This document shows, in pieces, positions 20,331 through 31,562 of a stretch of 64,000 nt of DNA. The stretch is from the NCBI GenBank assembly GCA_963815195.1, contig CAWFGE010000020.1, positions 128,001 through 192,000 on the forward strand, read 5' to 3'. The stretch's first letter is position 1; each line of letters starts with the position of its first letter. The position numbers and the translations under genes are program-made. This DNA comes from an uncultured Planctomycetaceae bacterium. Lineage in GTDB: Bacteria; Planctomycetota; Planctomycetia; Planctomycetales; Planctomycetaceae. The notes under the pieces were generated by a model. That model searched no databases, had not been told where the DNA came from, and saw only the letters and a list, made by a program, of their open reading frames with translations.

Positions 20331-20810
20331 GTGGCCGAGCCGTTGTTTCATATCGTGCTCCACCAGCCGGACATTCCCCAGAACACGGGCAACATCGGGC
20401 GGACCTGCGTGGCGATCGGGGCGAAGCTTTGGCTCGTCCGGCCGTTGGGATTTCGCGTGGACGACCGCTCTCTCCGCCGGGCGGGGATGGATTATTGGCA
20501 GCACCTGGAATGGGAAGTTGTCGAAGATCTTTCAGAAATCCGCGAACGCCTCGCGGACCGCAGCTGGTGGTATTTGACGAAATCCGGCCGCCGGCTCGTG
20601 TGGGATGCGACGTTCCAACCGGGCGACGTTTTGGTTTTCGGGAGCGAAACCCGCGGCTTGCCCGCTTCGGTTCTTGCGGACAAAGCCCCGCAGACGCTCA
20701 GGCTGCCCATGTACGAAACGGTACGCAGCCTGAACCTCGCCAGCACCGTCAACACCGTGGCCTACGAAGCCGTCCGCCAGATCGGCGGCCTGCCCCACGC
20801 GCCGGAATAA
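20331..20810 (+). CDS. trmL: tRNA (cytidine(34)-2'-O)-methyltransferase
   Basis: [39 protein letters not shown]. Confidence 0.93.
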   Translation: MAEPLFHIVLHQPDIPQNTGNIGRTCVAIGAKLWLVRPLGFRVDDRSLRRAGMDYWQHLEWEVVEDLSEIRERLADRSWWYLTKSGRRLVWDATFQPGDVLVFGSETRGLPASVLADKAPQTLRLPMYETVRSLNLASTVNTVAYEAVRQIGGLPHAPE

Positions 20811-21139
20811 CGGCGGGTCCACATCGCCGGGCTGAAACTGCCATTTGAACCGGCCGCAAACACGCGGACCCCAATTTGTGGGGAACGAGCCGCCTTCATC
20901 GCGCGGAATCCCGTTTCGTTTCGCGCCCTCACGAGTTGTGGGACGGCCAACCCAGGTCGGAAAATTCAAGTCAAAAACGTTCAGAAAATCCCAAAGAAAA
21001 AACCCAGGGGTTTTCCACCGAATCGCCGCTTGCCCTTCCAAGATCCCTACGTCAAAATCGTCCTTTATCGATCAATCCGCTTTGGATTTTTCTGGATGAT
21101 TTGGGTGGTAAATTCTAGGTTAACTAAAGAGGCAGCCCC

Positions 21140-21344
21140 ATGCGAGTGATGACACGCGAAGTCAACCAAGGCGTCATCATTGGTGAGAACGTCCACGTGA
21201 CGGTTCTCGAAATTCGAGACAATGTGGTGCGGCTGGGCATCACCTGCGCGGGCCGAATCCCCCGGCACCTACGATTACCGCGAAGAAACCGTCCGCATCG
21301 AACTCCCGGAGAGCCCGAGCGAATCCCTCCAAACCGTTCGCTAG
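21140..21344 (+). CDS. CsrA/RsmA-like carbon storage regulator (frameshift near 21250)
   Basis: MRVMTREVNQGVIIGENVHVTVLEIRDNVVRLGI aligns to CsrA; an alternate frame continues AESPGTYDYREE...QTVR* (TAG 21342-21344). Confidence 0.7.
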
Positions 21345-21400
21345 ATTCGCGAACCGGCAATCGGTATTTTAGAATTCGGAAGAAATTCGGAAGAGTGAAC

Positions 21401-21426
21401 CAAACGGGGGGCCGATCCCCCGTTTG
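21401..21426. terminator. Hairpin between the csrA-like gene and uppS
   Basis: caaacggggg-gccgat-cccccgtttg stem-loop; no clear U tract. Confidence 0.35.
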
Positions 21427-21477
21427 GAAGAACTGAGACAAACTCAGGGTCCCTTTTTTCAGAGAGGGTGATTTCAG

Positions 21478-22239
21478 GTGGCCGCTACGGCGGAATATTC
21501 GGAAACAGAACTGGCGGCGATCGGACTCACGGCCGAGCGGTTGCCCCGGCATATCGCCGTCATCATGGATGGAAACGGACGATGGGCCCAAACCCGTGGA
21601 CTGCCCCGCGTGGAAGGCCATCGCGCCGGCGTGGACAGCGTGCGGATCATGGTCGAGGAGTCCGCCCGCATCGGCATCGGGCAACTCACGCTCTATTGTT
21701 TGAGCAGCGAAAACTGGAAACGCCCGGAACAGGAACTCAGCTTGCTCATGCAGCTTTTGGAGCAATACGTCATCCAGGAGCGGGCGGAGATCATGCGGCA
21801 GGGGCTGCGGTTCGGGATCATCGGCCGGCAAAGCGGTCTGTCCCCCGGCGCGATTGCGGAAATTCAAAAGACGATCGATTGCAGCCGGGACAACCAGGGC
21901 ATGCGGCTGTGCCTGGCCCTCAACTACGGGAGCCGGGCCGAGATCACCGATGCCGTCCGCGAAATCGTCCGCCAGGCGAATCTCGGACAAATCCAGCCCG
22001 ACCATGTGGACGAAGCGCTGGTCGCCGATCACCTTTATACCGCGGGCATGGCCGATCCAGATTTGATCATCCGCACCGCGGGCGAGATGCGGCTGAGCAA
22101 TTTTCTGCTCTGGCAAAGCAGCTATGCGGAACTGTGGGTCACGGAGAAATGCTGGCCGGACTTTCGTCAGGACGACCTCATCGCGGCCCTTAAAGATTTT
22201 GCCTCCCGCGACCGGCGGTTTGGCGGATTGAAGGAATAA
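21478..22239 (+). CDS. uppS: Undecaprenyl diphosphate synthase (isoprenyl transferase)
   Basis: HIAVIMDGNGRWA, SSENWKRP, ALNYGSRAEI, PDLIIRTAGEMRLSNFLLWQ, RDRRFGG. Confidence 0.96.
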   Translation: MAATAEYSETELAAIGLTAERLPRHIAVIMDGNGRWAQTRGLPRVEGHRAGVDSVRIMVEESARIGIGQLTLYCLSSENWKRPEQELSLLMQLLEQYVIQERAEIMRQGLRFGIIGRQSGLSPGAIAEIQKTIDCSRDNQGMRLCLALNYGSRAEITDAVREIVRQANLGQIQPDHVDEALVADHLYTAGMADPDLIIRTAGEMRLSNFLLWQSSYAELWVTEKCWPDFRQDDLIAALKDFASRDRRFGGLKE

Positions 22240-22246
22240 CCCCCGC

Positions 22247-23138
22247 ATGCTGGGCTGGCGAATCGGCGTTTCGGTCGTGCTGATCCCGGCGCTTCTCCTC
22301 GTCTTTGCGCTGGATCACCAGAGCGGCGAATCGGCTCCTTATCTCTTAGCGCTGTGCGTGCTGTTGACGATTCGCGGATCGTGGGAGTTCGCTCAGTTGG
22401 TCCGCGTGCGGTTGTTCGAGCCTTCGTTTCCCGTTCTCGCCAGCGGCACATCGCTGGTCGTGCTCGCGGCGTGGTGGGGGCATCTGGACTTCTGGCCTTG
22501 GAACACGGCTCAACATCCGGCCGTTTCCCTCGCGGCGTCGGCGGTGTGTCTGGCGATCGTGGTGCTGCTGCTCTTTTTGCGCGGGCGTTCGCTACCGCGA
22601 ACCGGGGCGAAGCCTGGAAACCTTGGGCGTGGAAATCTTGGGCGTGTGTTACCTGGGTTTGCTTCTGGCGGTGACGGCTCAACTTCGCTGGGTCGCCGGG
22701 GCCCAGGCGGGATATTATGTGTTGGGTTCGCTGGTGATTGCCGCGAAGTCCGGCGACATCGGAGCCTACACCTTGGGCCGGCTCTTCGGCAAACGGAAGA
22801 TGATCCCCCGGCTCAGTCCCGGCAAGACCTGGATGGGATTTTGGGGCGCGCTCGGCGGAGCGGCGCTCGGAGCCTGGGCCTGGCTTTCCTTTGCCGCCCC
22901 GCTGTTCGGCGAATCCGTCAAACCCCCGCCGGCCGGTTGGGCCCTCTTCTACGGCGTGATTTTGGGCCTGGTCGGATTGGTGGGCGACCTGTGCGAATCG
23001 CTCATCAAACGCGACGCCGGCCAGAAAGATTCCGCCGCGCTCTTTCCAGGCTTCGGCGGGCTCCTGGACCTCTTGGACAGCGTCCTTTACGCCGGCCCGG
23101 TGGCGTATGTGTTGTGGCTGCTCTTGCCCTTGGCGTAA
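22247..23138 (+). CDS. cdsA: Phosphatidate cytidylyltransferase (frameshift near 22580)
   Basis: DIGAYTLGRLFGKRK, SPGKTWMG, GDLCESLIKRDAGQKDS, GGLLDLLDS; directly follows uppS. Confidence 0.92.
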
Positions 23139-23200
23139 TGAACCGCAGGGCGCTCGCCCCGATTTCTAGGGAGAACCGGGGCGAGCGCCCTGCGGCTGAT
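23138..23200. repeat. REP-like doublet, family C, between convergent genes
   Basis: atgaaccgcagggcgctcgccccgattt ... aaccggggcgagcgccctgcggctgat. Confidence 0.85.
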
Positions 23201-23205
23201 GAATC

Positions 23206-24432
23206 CTACGCGTCCCAGGCTTTTTTGACCTGGGTCACGGAATCCATGTAGGCTTTGCAGAGGATCGTGGGATCCGCTCCCGATCGCATCAGGCGGTCCC
23301 ACTGGCATTGCTCGTAGAGGATCACCTGTTTCAAGATTTCCCCGAGCCGATTCTCTCCGTGCAAAATCGCAGCGCGGATGCTTTCATCCAGCGGCAGGTC
23401 GGCCAGCAGATCTTCGAGGGGCTGGCCCATCAAAACATCCAGCATCGACAACAGCCCGGCGGTGAAAAACGGATGAGGGTTGCCCGCGTCGAAATGCTCG
23501 GCCAGCCGCCGGCACATCCAGCCCCGCAACAGGGCCGTCCGCGCGCTTTGTTGCGGAACGTGCTTGTTGCCCGCGAGCATCAGCAGAGTCGCCACCGTCC
23601 GCACGCCTTCCAGACCCAATAGCACGCAGGCATGCCGCAGCGATTCCACGTTCCGCCGGATGCCGAAGTGGGACGAGTTCACATACCGCAGAAGCTTGAT
23701 GCACAGTGCCGGATCCTGCTCGACCAGGCCGGTGAGTTGCGGCAAATCCGATTGCGGGTCGTTGATGGCGGCGAGAATCTTCATCAGCGCCATCTGGTTG
23801 CCGTCGAGTTTTCGGCCTTCGATAATCTCCGGTTTGGCGAGAAAGTAGCCTTGAAACAGGTCGAACCCCAATTCGCGGCAGAGTTCGAACTCTTCCAGAG
23901 TTTCGACTTTTTCGGCCAAGAGCGTCACGGGCCACTTGCGGAGAATCTGGACCTGATCGGCCCACTCTTCCCGCGGGATTTGGGGCATCTCGACTTTGAC
24001 GATCGAAGCCAGGTCCAACAGTGGGTCCAGTTCGGGACGGTAGACCACATCGTCCAAGGCGATTTTATAACCGGCCTCTCGGAGCGTTCTCACGCCTTCG
24101 AGCAGTTCCTCATCGGGAACGATGTCTTCCAGCACTTCCAGGACGAGCCGATCGGGGCATTCGGGCAAGGGGTGCGTTCCGACCAGAAATTCGCGGGTGA
24201 AATTCATGAAGGCCACGCGGTCTTCCACCACCTGCTCGAATCCCAGCTCCACAAACGTGTTCATCAGAACCGAAGACGTAGCCTGATTGGCATCGTCGAA
24301 ACAGGTCCGTCCGGCACCCGCCGAGCGATACAGGATCTCATAGGCCACGAGGTTCTTTCGCCGATCCACGATGGGCTGCCGACCCAACCAGACCGGCGAA
24401 CTGCAGCTATTGGACAAAGTGCTCAAGGGCAT
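23206..24432 (-). CDS. EAL + HDOD domain c-di-GMP phosphodiesterase (YuxH/CdgJ type)
   Basis: RQPIVD...AYEILYR, LEVLE, IALDD, LAEKVET, LFQGYFLAKP; HDOD QDPALCIKLLRYVNS. Confidence 0.9.
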   Translation of the reverse strand: MPLSTLSNSCSSPVWLGRQPIVDRRKNLVAYEILYRSAGAGRTCFDDANQATSSVLMNTFVELGFEQVVEDRVAFMNFTREFLVGTHPLPECPDRLVLEVLEDIVPDEELLEGVRTLREAGYKIALDDVVYRPELDPLLDLASIVKVEMPQIPREEWADQVQILRKWPVTLLAEKVETLEEFELCRELGFDLFQGYFLAKPEIIEGRKLDGNQMALMKILAAINDPQSDLPQLTGLVEQDPALCIKLLRYVNSSHFGIRRNVESLRHACVLLGLEGVRTVATLLMLAGNKHVPQQSARTALLRGWMCRRLAEHFDAGNPHPFFTAGLLSMLDVLMGQPLEDLLADLPLDESIRAAILHGENRLGEILKQVILYEQCQWDRLMRSGADPTILCKAYMDSVTQVKKAWDA

Positions 24433-24583
24433 AGCGTTCTCCCTTAAATCTCAGAACGGGGAATGCATAAGCATATCTTGCCGCGTGCGTTTTCGAGGGG
24501 AGATATGTGTACCCAATGCGTCAAAATCCAGTACCGGCGATCCATTATTCCCGTGGGAACGATTATTCGGAAAACGCGCATCG

Positions 24584-24609
24584 ATTAGCCGCCGGTGCTA
24601 GCCCCGGTT
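24584..24609. repeat. Single family C REP-like copy
   Basis: attagccgccggtgctagccccggtt, downstream of the trpE stop. Confidence 0.6.
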
Positions 24610-24630
24610 CTTGGCTTCTGCTCCTCCAAC

Positions 24631-26116
24631 TTACAACTGTTCCTCGGCGACTTCGATCGCACGGAGCAAGCCGCGGGCTTTGTTGAGGGTTTCTTCGTAT
24701 TCCGATTGGGGCACGCTGTCGGCGACGATGCCCGCGCCGGCTTGCACATAAGCCGTTTGGCCGATCATCACCAACGTTCGCAGCGCGATGCACGTATCCA
24801 TGTTGCCGGTGAAATCCACATAACCCACCGCACCGGCATAAGGCCCCCGGCGGTGGGGTTCCAACTCGTCGATGATCTCCATCGCGCGCACCTTGGGGGC
24901 ACCGGAGACCGTGCCCGCGGGAAGCCCCGCCCGCAGCGCGTCCAAGGCGGTTTTGCCTTCGATGAGCTGGCCGGTGACGTTCGATGTGATGTGCATCACG
25001 TGGCTGTAGCGCTCGACGACCATCACGTCGCTCAAGCGAACGCTGCCGAATTTCGCAACCCGCCCCACATCGTTCCGGGCCAGGTCGATGAGCATCACAT
25101 GCTCGGCCCGCTCTTTGGGGTCGGCAAGCAGGTCCTCGGCGAGTTGTTGATCCTCGGCTTCGGTGCGGCCGCGCGGCCGGGTTCCCGCGAGCGGGCGGAT
25201 CGTCGTGGTTCCATCTTCCACACGCACCATGATCTCCGGCGAACTGCCGATGAGGGTCACCTCCGGCGTCTTCAGCAAAAACATGAACGGGCTGGGATTG
25301 ACCACCCGCAGCGCCCGGTAAATGTCCAAGGGGCGGGCCTGGGTTTCCATCTCCAACCGCTGGCTGAGCACGACCTGAAAAATATCCCCGGCCCGGATGT
25401 ATTCCTTCGAGCGCTCGACGGCGGCTTCAAACTCGGCCTGCGTGAAATTCGATCGCGGCACCTCGGATTTTGTTTGAGTGGCCGGATGGATGTCCGTTAG
25501 TTGCAAATCGATCGCCCCGCGCTGCAGTTGCCGGCAGACCTCGTTGACCCGCTCCCGCGCGGTCGTAAGACGCCTGCAAATCGCCCGCGCGAACGTCGGC
25601 GTGGGCCACGACCAGGATCGTCTTGTTGATGTGGTCGAAGATCACCATCCGGTCGTAAAACGAAAACGACAGATCGGGCAGTCGCCGATCGTCCTCGGGC
25701 GGGTTCGGCAAGTGTTCGGTATAGCGGACGACATCATACCCCGCGTAGCCCACCGCCCCGCCGCAAAACCTCGGCAAGCCCGGCAAATGCACCGCCCGGT
25801 AGCAGGCGAGTTTTTTTTCCAGCTCATCGAGCGGGTCATCGACTTCGTATTCGCTCCGCCGGCCTTCTTCGGTCAAGACGACCTTCCGGCCGTAGGCGTC
25901 CAATTGCAAAAACGGGTCGGACCCCAAAAAACTGTACCGACCGACTTTCTCCCCGCCGACGACGCTTTCGAATAAAAACGAGCAAGGCCCCCACTGCAAT
26001 TTGCAGTACGCCGAGACCGGCGTGAGTGTGTCGGCGAGCAACTGGCGATAGACCGGCACGAAATCGACTCTCCCGGCCAGTTTGGAGAACTCGTCAAAAT
26101 CCGGCGTGTGCTGCAT
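24631..26116 (-). CDS. trpE: Anthranilate synthase component I (frameshift near 25555)
   Basis: [78 protein letters not shown]. Confidence 0.95.
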
Positions 26117-26143
26117 GGGATGTTTGTCCTTGGTCGGTGTCTT

Positions 26144-26248
26144 GGCGAGCGTGGGGCGTCCGCCCGGGCGTCCGCCCCATGATCGTGACGGGGAAGAGAG
26201 CGTGATGATAAACGGGGAAAATCACCGGGCGGACGCCCCACGCTCGCC
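26144..26248. repeat. REP-like doublet, family E, with an internal short duplication
   Basis: ggcgagcgtggggcgtccgccc(gggcgtccgccc)catgat ... atcaccgggcggacgccccacgctcgcc. Confidence 0.85.
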
Positions 26249-26373
26249 TCGGTCGTTCACAGTCTTGCCGGTGGATTGTCCTTCCGAGGGCACGAGCGCC
26301 GGAATGTAGGTCGGCGTTCTATCTTATGCTTTTGTCTAGAGTTACGTCACTCTTTTCGTCCAAAAACCGCAAC

Positions 26374-26401
26374 TTGACACTCCGGGGGACACGGCTAGAA
26401 T
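26374..26401 (+). promoter_or_regulatory. Sigma70-type promoter for mcsA-mcsB
   Basis: TTGACA (26374-26379), 16-nt spacer, TAGAAT (26396-26401), 46 bp upstream of the mcsA ATG. Confidence 0.7.
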
Positions 26402-26447
26402 GAACGTGGTTCGTTCCGAATCTTAGTCGTCAACAAAAGCCCGGATC

Positions 26448-26954
26448 ATGAAAAAATGCAGCCGCTGTTCCAAACCCGCCATTCTGCACATCACCGAGAT
26501 TGAACAGAGCGAAGTGCAGGAGCTGCATCTTTGCGAAAGTTGTGCCCAAGAATATCTCTCCAGCAGCGAGCCGTCACCCTCCACAGAAAGTTTTCCCGAG
26601 AAACTCGCCGAGTTCGCCAGCGAGCACGAGATGGACGAACTCGACCAGCTCGTGTGCCCGAATTGCGGGATCACGTTTCGGGAATTTCGCAGCCAAGGCC
26701 GGCTGGGCTGTCCGCACGATTACATCGCCTTTCAGCGGGAACTCCTGCCGCTCTTGGAAAACATTCACGGGGAGACCCAGCACGCCGGGAAGTTTCCCAA
26801 ACGGGCTCCCCACGCCAGCCAGCGCCAATATCGATTGATCAAGCTTCGCAGTCAACTCCGCACGGCGGTCGAGCACGAGAACTACGAAACCGCCGCCGGC
26901 CTTCGCGACGAGATCCAGGCCCTTGAATCCGAAGAAGACCCGCGGGAGGAGTAA
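26448..26954 (+). CDS. mcsA: McsA, activator of protein arginine kinase (Zn fingers + UVR motif)
   Basis: CSRC, LHLCESCA, CPNCG, GRLGCPHDY, HAGKFP, ENYETAAGLRDEI. Confidence 0.92.
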   Translation: MKKCSRCSKPAILHITEIEQSEVQELHLCESCAQEYLSSSEPSPSTESFPEKLAEFASEHEMDELDQLVCPNCGITFREFRSQGRLGCPHDYIAFQRELLPLLENIHGETQHAGKFPKRAPHASQRQYRLIKLRSQLRTAVEHENYETAAGLRDEIQALESEEDPREE

Positions 26955-27065
26955 CCAAGCGTGCTTTACAGTCCAAAACCGAAACGCAAAAATAACTTCT
27001 TGAAGGCCTGAGCCGGTTTTGTTCCTGCCTTTTGACAACCATCCCTTTCTTCAAGGAGTGCGATT

Positions 27066-28136
<1,071 letters not shown>

Positions 28137-28149
28137 GCGCTTCGCGGAT

Positions 28150-28393
28150 TCATTCCGGGCACGTGTTGCAAGAACACTTGGGGGAGGTGGGAGCGTGTGC
28201 CTCCGCGGACGCCGGGGGAAGCGGCGGATCGGGGATGGAGAAGTTGTAGGCGTCGCTGGGCATCGACTCGGGCACGCGGTTCAGGCGATTCAGCCGATGT
28301 CTTTGCAAATTGTGGAAAACGTCGGTGCAGCCCGTCGCGCTCAAGGACGAGAATTCCCGCGACCAACCCGATCCAAATTCGAGAAATGCTCAT
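28150..28393 (-). CDS. Small lipoprotein, ~80 aa (frameshift near 28345)
   Basis: AGGAGG RBS at 28404-28409; MSISRIWIGLVAGILV joins LSATG-C TDVFHNLQRHRLNRLNR...YNFSIPDP (ORFs 28088..28393 and 28150..28344). Confidence 0.65.
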
Positions 28394-28621
28394 ACGTGAT
28401 CCACCTCCTGCGACCGGAACCGGCCGGGAGTTGAGTGATCGTCTTGTGATGAGAACCGAGGGAAAGAGAGGCGGCGGACGTTAGCAAAACCCGCTTCGCT
28501 CTCCAAGGGCAAAACTTACAAATTCTTCGCCCTTCCCCGCAGAATCCTGGTTCACAAAATCATGGTTCTGTGGAATCGCCGGGGCGGCATTAATTGGAAA
28601 CATGCGCGGACTCGCCTGCCG

Positions 28622-29728
<1,107 letters not shown>

Positions 29729-30000
29729 GGATGAGAACCTCTGAAGTCGAATCTGCCGTGGTCCGGGATCAAGTTGTTGGTGCACAGCGATTATAACCGA
29801 GCCCATCTCCATTCGCGAATCCGGCACCGCTAGCGTTTCGTTCACGTCGAATTCTGTTGCGGAGCTTTCAGAATTGAACTAGGATTCCAAGCGTTTGAAC
29901 AGCAGGAAATTCTTCCTTATCGATCGCGGGCCGAGTTTTTTTTCCGAAGCATCCACGCACAGAACAACCCATTCGCCGGAAGAGACTTTGAGGCCGACGC

Positions 30001-31446
30001 TTGAACGAGATTTCGCTGCCAGACGGGTTTGGGAACCTGCCCAGTGACCCGCGGATCGTGGATCGGATCTTAAGGCTCCTTCCGCTTGAGGAAGAGTCGG
30101 CTTCTCCGGTTTGGGACAGCGTGCGTTGGGATCCGGCCCTGGCCGCGCGAATTCTCGCCGCCGCCGATGCGACCCGCTGGGACGAGGCGAAATCGAAACT
30201 GGACGATTTCACGTTGCGGATGACGGCATTGCAGTTTTCGCTGCCGAATTTCGCATCCGAGCTGGAAGACACCCGGCTCCTCTACGAAACATTTTGGCGG
30301 CGATGCCGGATTGTCGCCGCCGCTGCCGAGTTATTATGGATGGAGAAACCGGCCCCGCCCGAAACAGACGTGGATTTATTTCTCGCGGGCTTGCTCGGCG
30401 ATTTCCATCGTTTGATTCTCATCGACCGCTCCCCCGTGGAATCCCGGCAGATCTTCGAGACGGTCTTGAACACAGCCCGTCCGTGGGCAGAAGTTGAGCG
30501 GGAACCCATCGAAACCGACAATCGGCCGAATCCCGCCGCAAACGAGGGCCAGGCACCGACGGCGGTCTGGGACGTTCTCGCGGTCGCCGCCGCGCTGGGG
30601 GATTTCATCGTCTGGAGCGAATTGAGCCCAAAGCATTCCGAGATTTGGAAAGAGCGGCTGAAGCAGGAATATACAAACCGGATCGCCGATGTCCCGGATG
30701 TCGAAGACCGCCTCGAGACGCTGACCCAAACTACGCAAAGGCGATTGTCCGAATTGGTCCCCGCGGCTTTCGAGACGGAGAGAACAAACGCCGAGCGGTG
30801 GACGCTCGCAAATTGCGAGTTGGCCCGGTTGGGGTTCGAGGTCCACAGCCGCGCCCGGAAATCCGAAGCGTCGCTCGAAAAACTCGAGCAGCGGATTCAC
30901 CGTCTGGAATGGCACATGATCCGCGACTCCCTCACCGGCGTTTACAATCGCCGGTTTCTGCTGGAATCGCTCGAAAAGGAAGCGGCCCGCTGCTTGCGGT
31001 ATGGAGAGCCGATGGGTTTGTTGTTCGTCGATGTGGACGAGTTCAAGCCGCTCAACGACACGTGGGGACATTTGGTGGGCGATGCCGTGCTCCGGCAGGT
31101 CGCCGAGGTCTTGGGCAGAACACTCCGGGCAGCGGACATTCTGGCCCGCTTTGGCGGAGAAGAATTTGTGATCCTGGCGAACAAGCCCTTCAAAGCGGGG
31201 CTGGTGCAACTCGCCGAGCGGCTGCGAACGGCGGTCGAAGCGATGCAGGTGGAGACGAACCTTGGACCGGTGTCGGTGACCGTGAGCGTGGGCTGCGCGT
31301 TGGCCGTGCCTTCGCAGGACGAAACGCAATTGGGGCAGCAACTCCTGGCGGCGGCGGACGCCGCGATGTACGAAGCCAAGCAACTGGGCCGGAACCGCGC
31401 GGTGTTTCGCTCCATGTTGAACGAGGCCAGGCCGCAAAAGTCATAG
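30001..31446 (+). CDS. Diguanylate cyclase with N-terminal degenerate HDOD-like domain
   Basis: DSLTGVYNRR, DVDEFKPLNDTWGHLVGD, RAAD I-site, RFGGEEF; N-terminal WDPALAARIL. Start uncertain. Confidence 0.9.
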   Translation: MNEISLPDGFGNLPSDPRIVDRILRLLPLEEESASPVWDSVRWDPALAARILAAADATRWDEAKSKLDDFTLRMTALQFSLPNFASELEDTRLLYETFWRRCRIVAAAAELLWMEKPAPPETDVDLFLAGLLGDFHRLILIDRSPVESRQIFETVLNTARPWAEVEREPIETDNRPNPAANEGQAPTAVWDVLAVAAALGDFIVWSELSPKHSEIWKERLKQEYTNRIADVPDVEDRLETLTQTTQRRLSELVPAAFETERTNAERWTLANCELARLGFEVHSRARKSEASLEKLEQRIHRLEWHMIRDSLTGVYNRRFLLESLEKEAARCLRYGEPMGLLFVDVDEFKPLNDTWGHLVGDAVLRQVAEVLGRTLRAADILARFGGEEFVILANKPFKAGLVQLAERLRTAVEAMQVETNLGPVSVTVSVGCALAVPSQDETQLGQQLLAAADAAMYEAKQLGRNRAVFRSMLNEARPQKS

Positions 31447-31562
31447 CGGCGGCATCTTGCCGGCCTGCAACAGAGGCGTTTCTTGCGAGCCCCCTGCGAG
31501 CGCATTAGACTGGGCGGGTTGTCTTACAATCCGTTCTTGACTCCAGCCGGGAGAGTTTGTTC

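Noticed and set aside
22247..26116. cdsA and trpE as pseudogenes
   Set aside because: Single indels with fully conserved motifs on both sides; sequencing error is more parsimonious.
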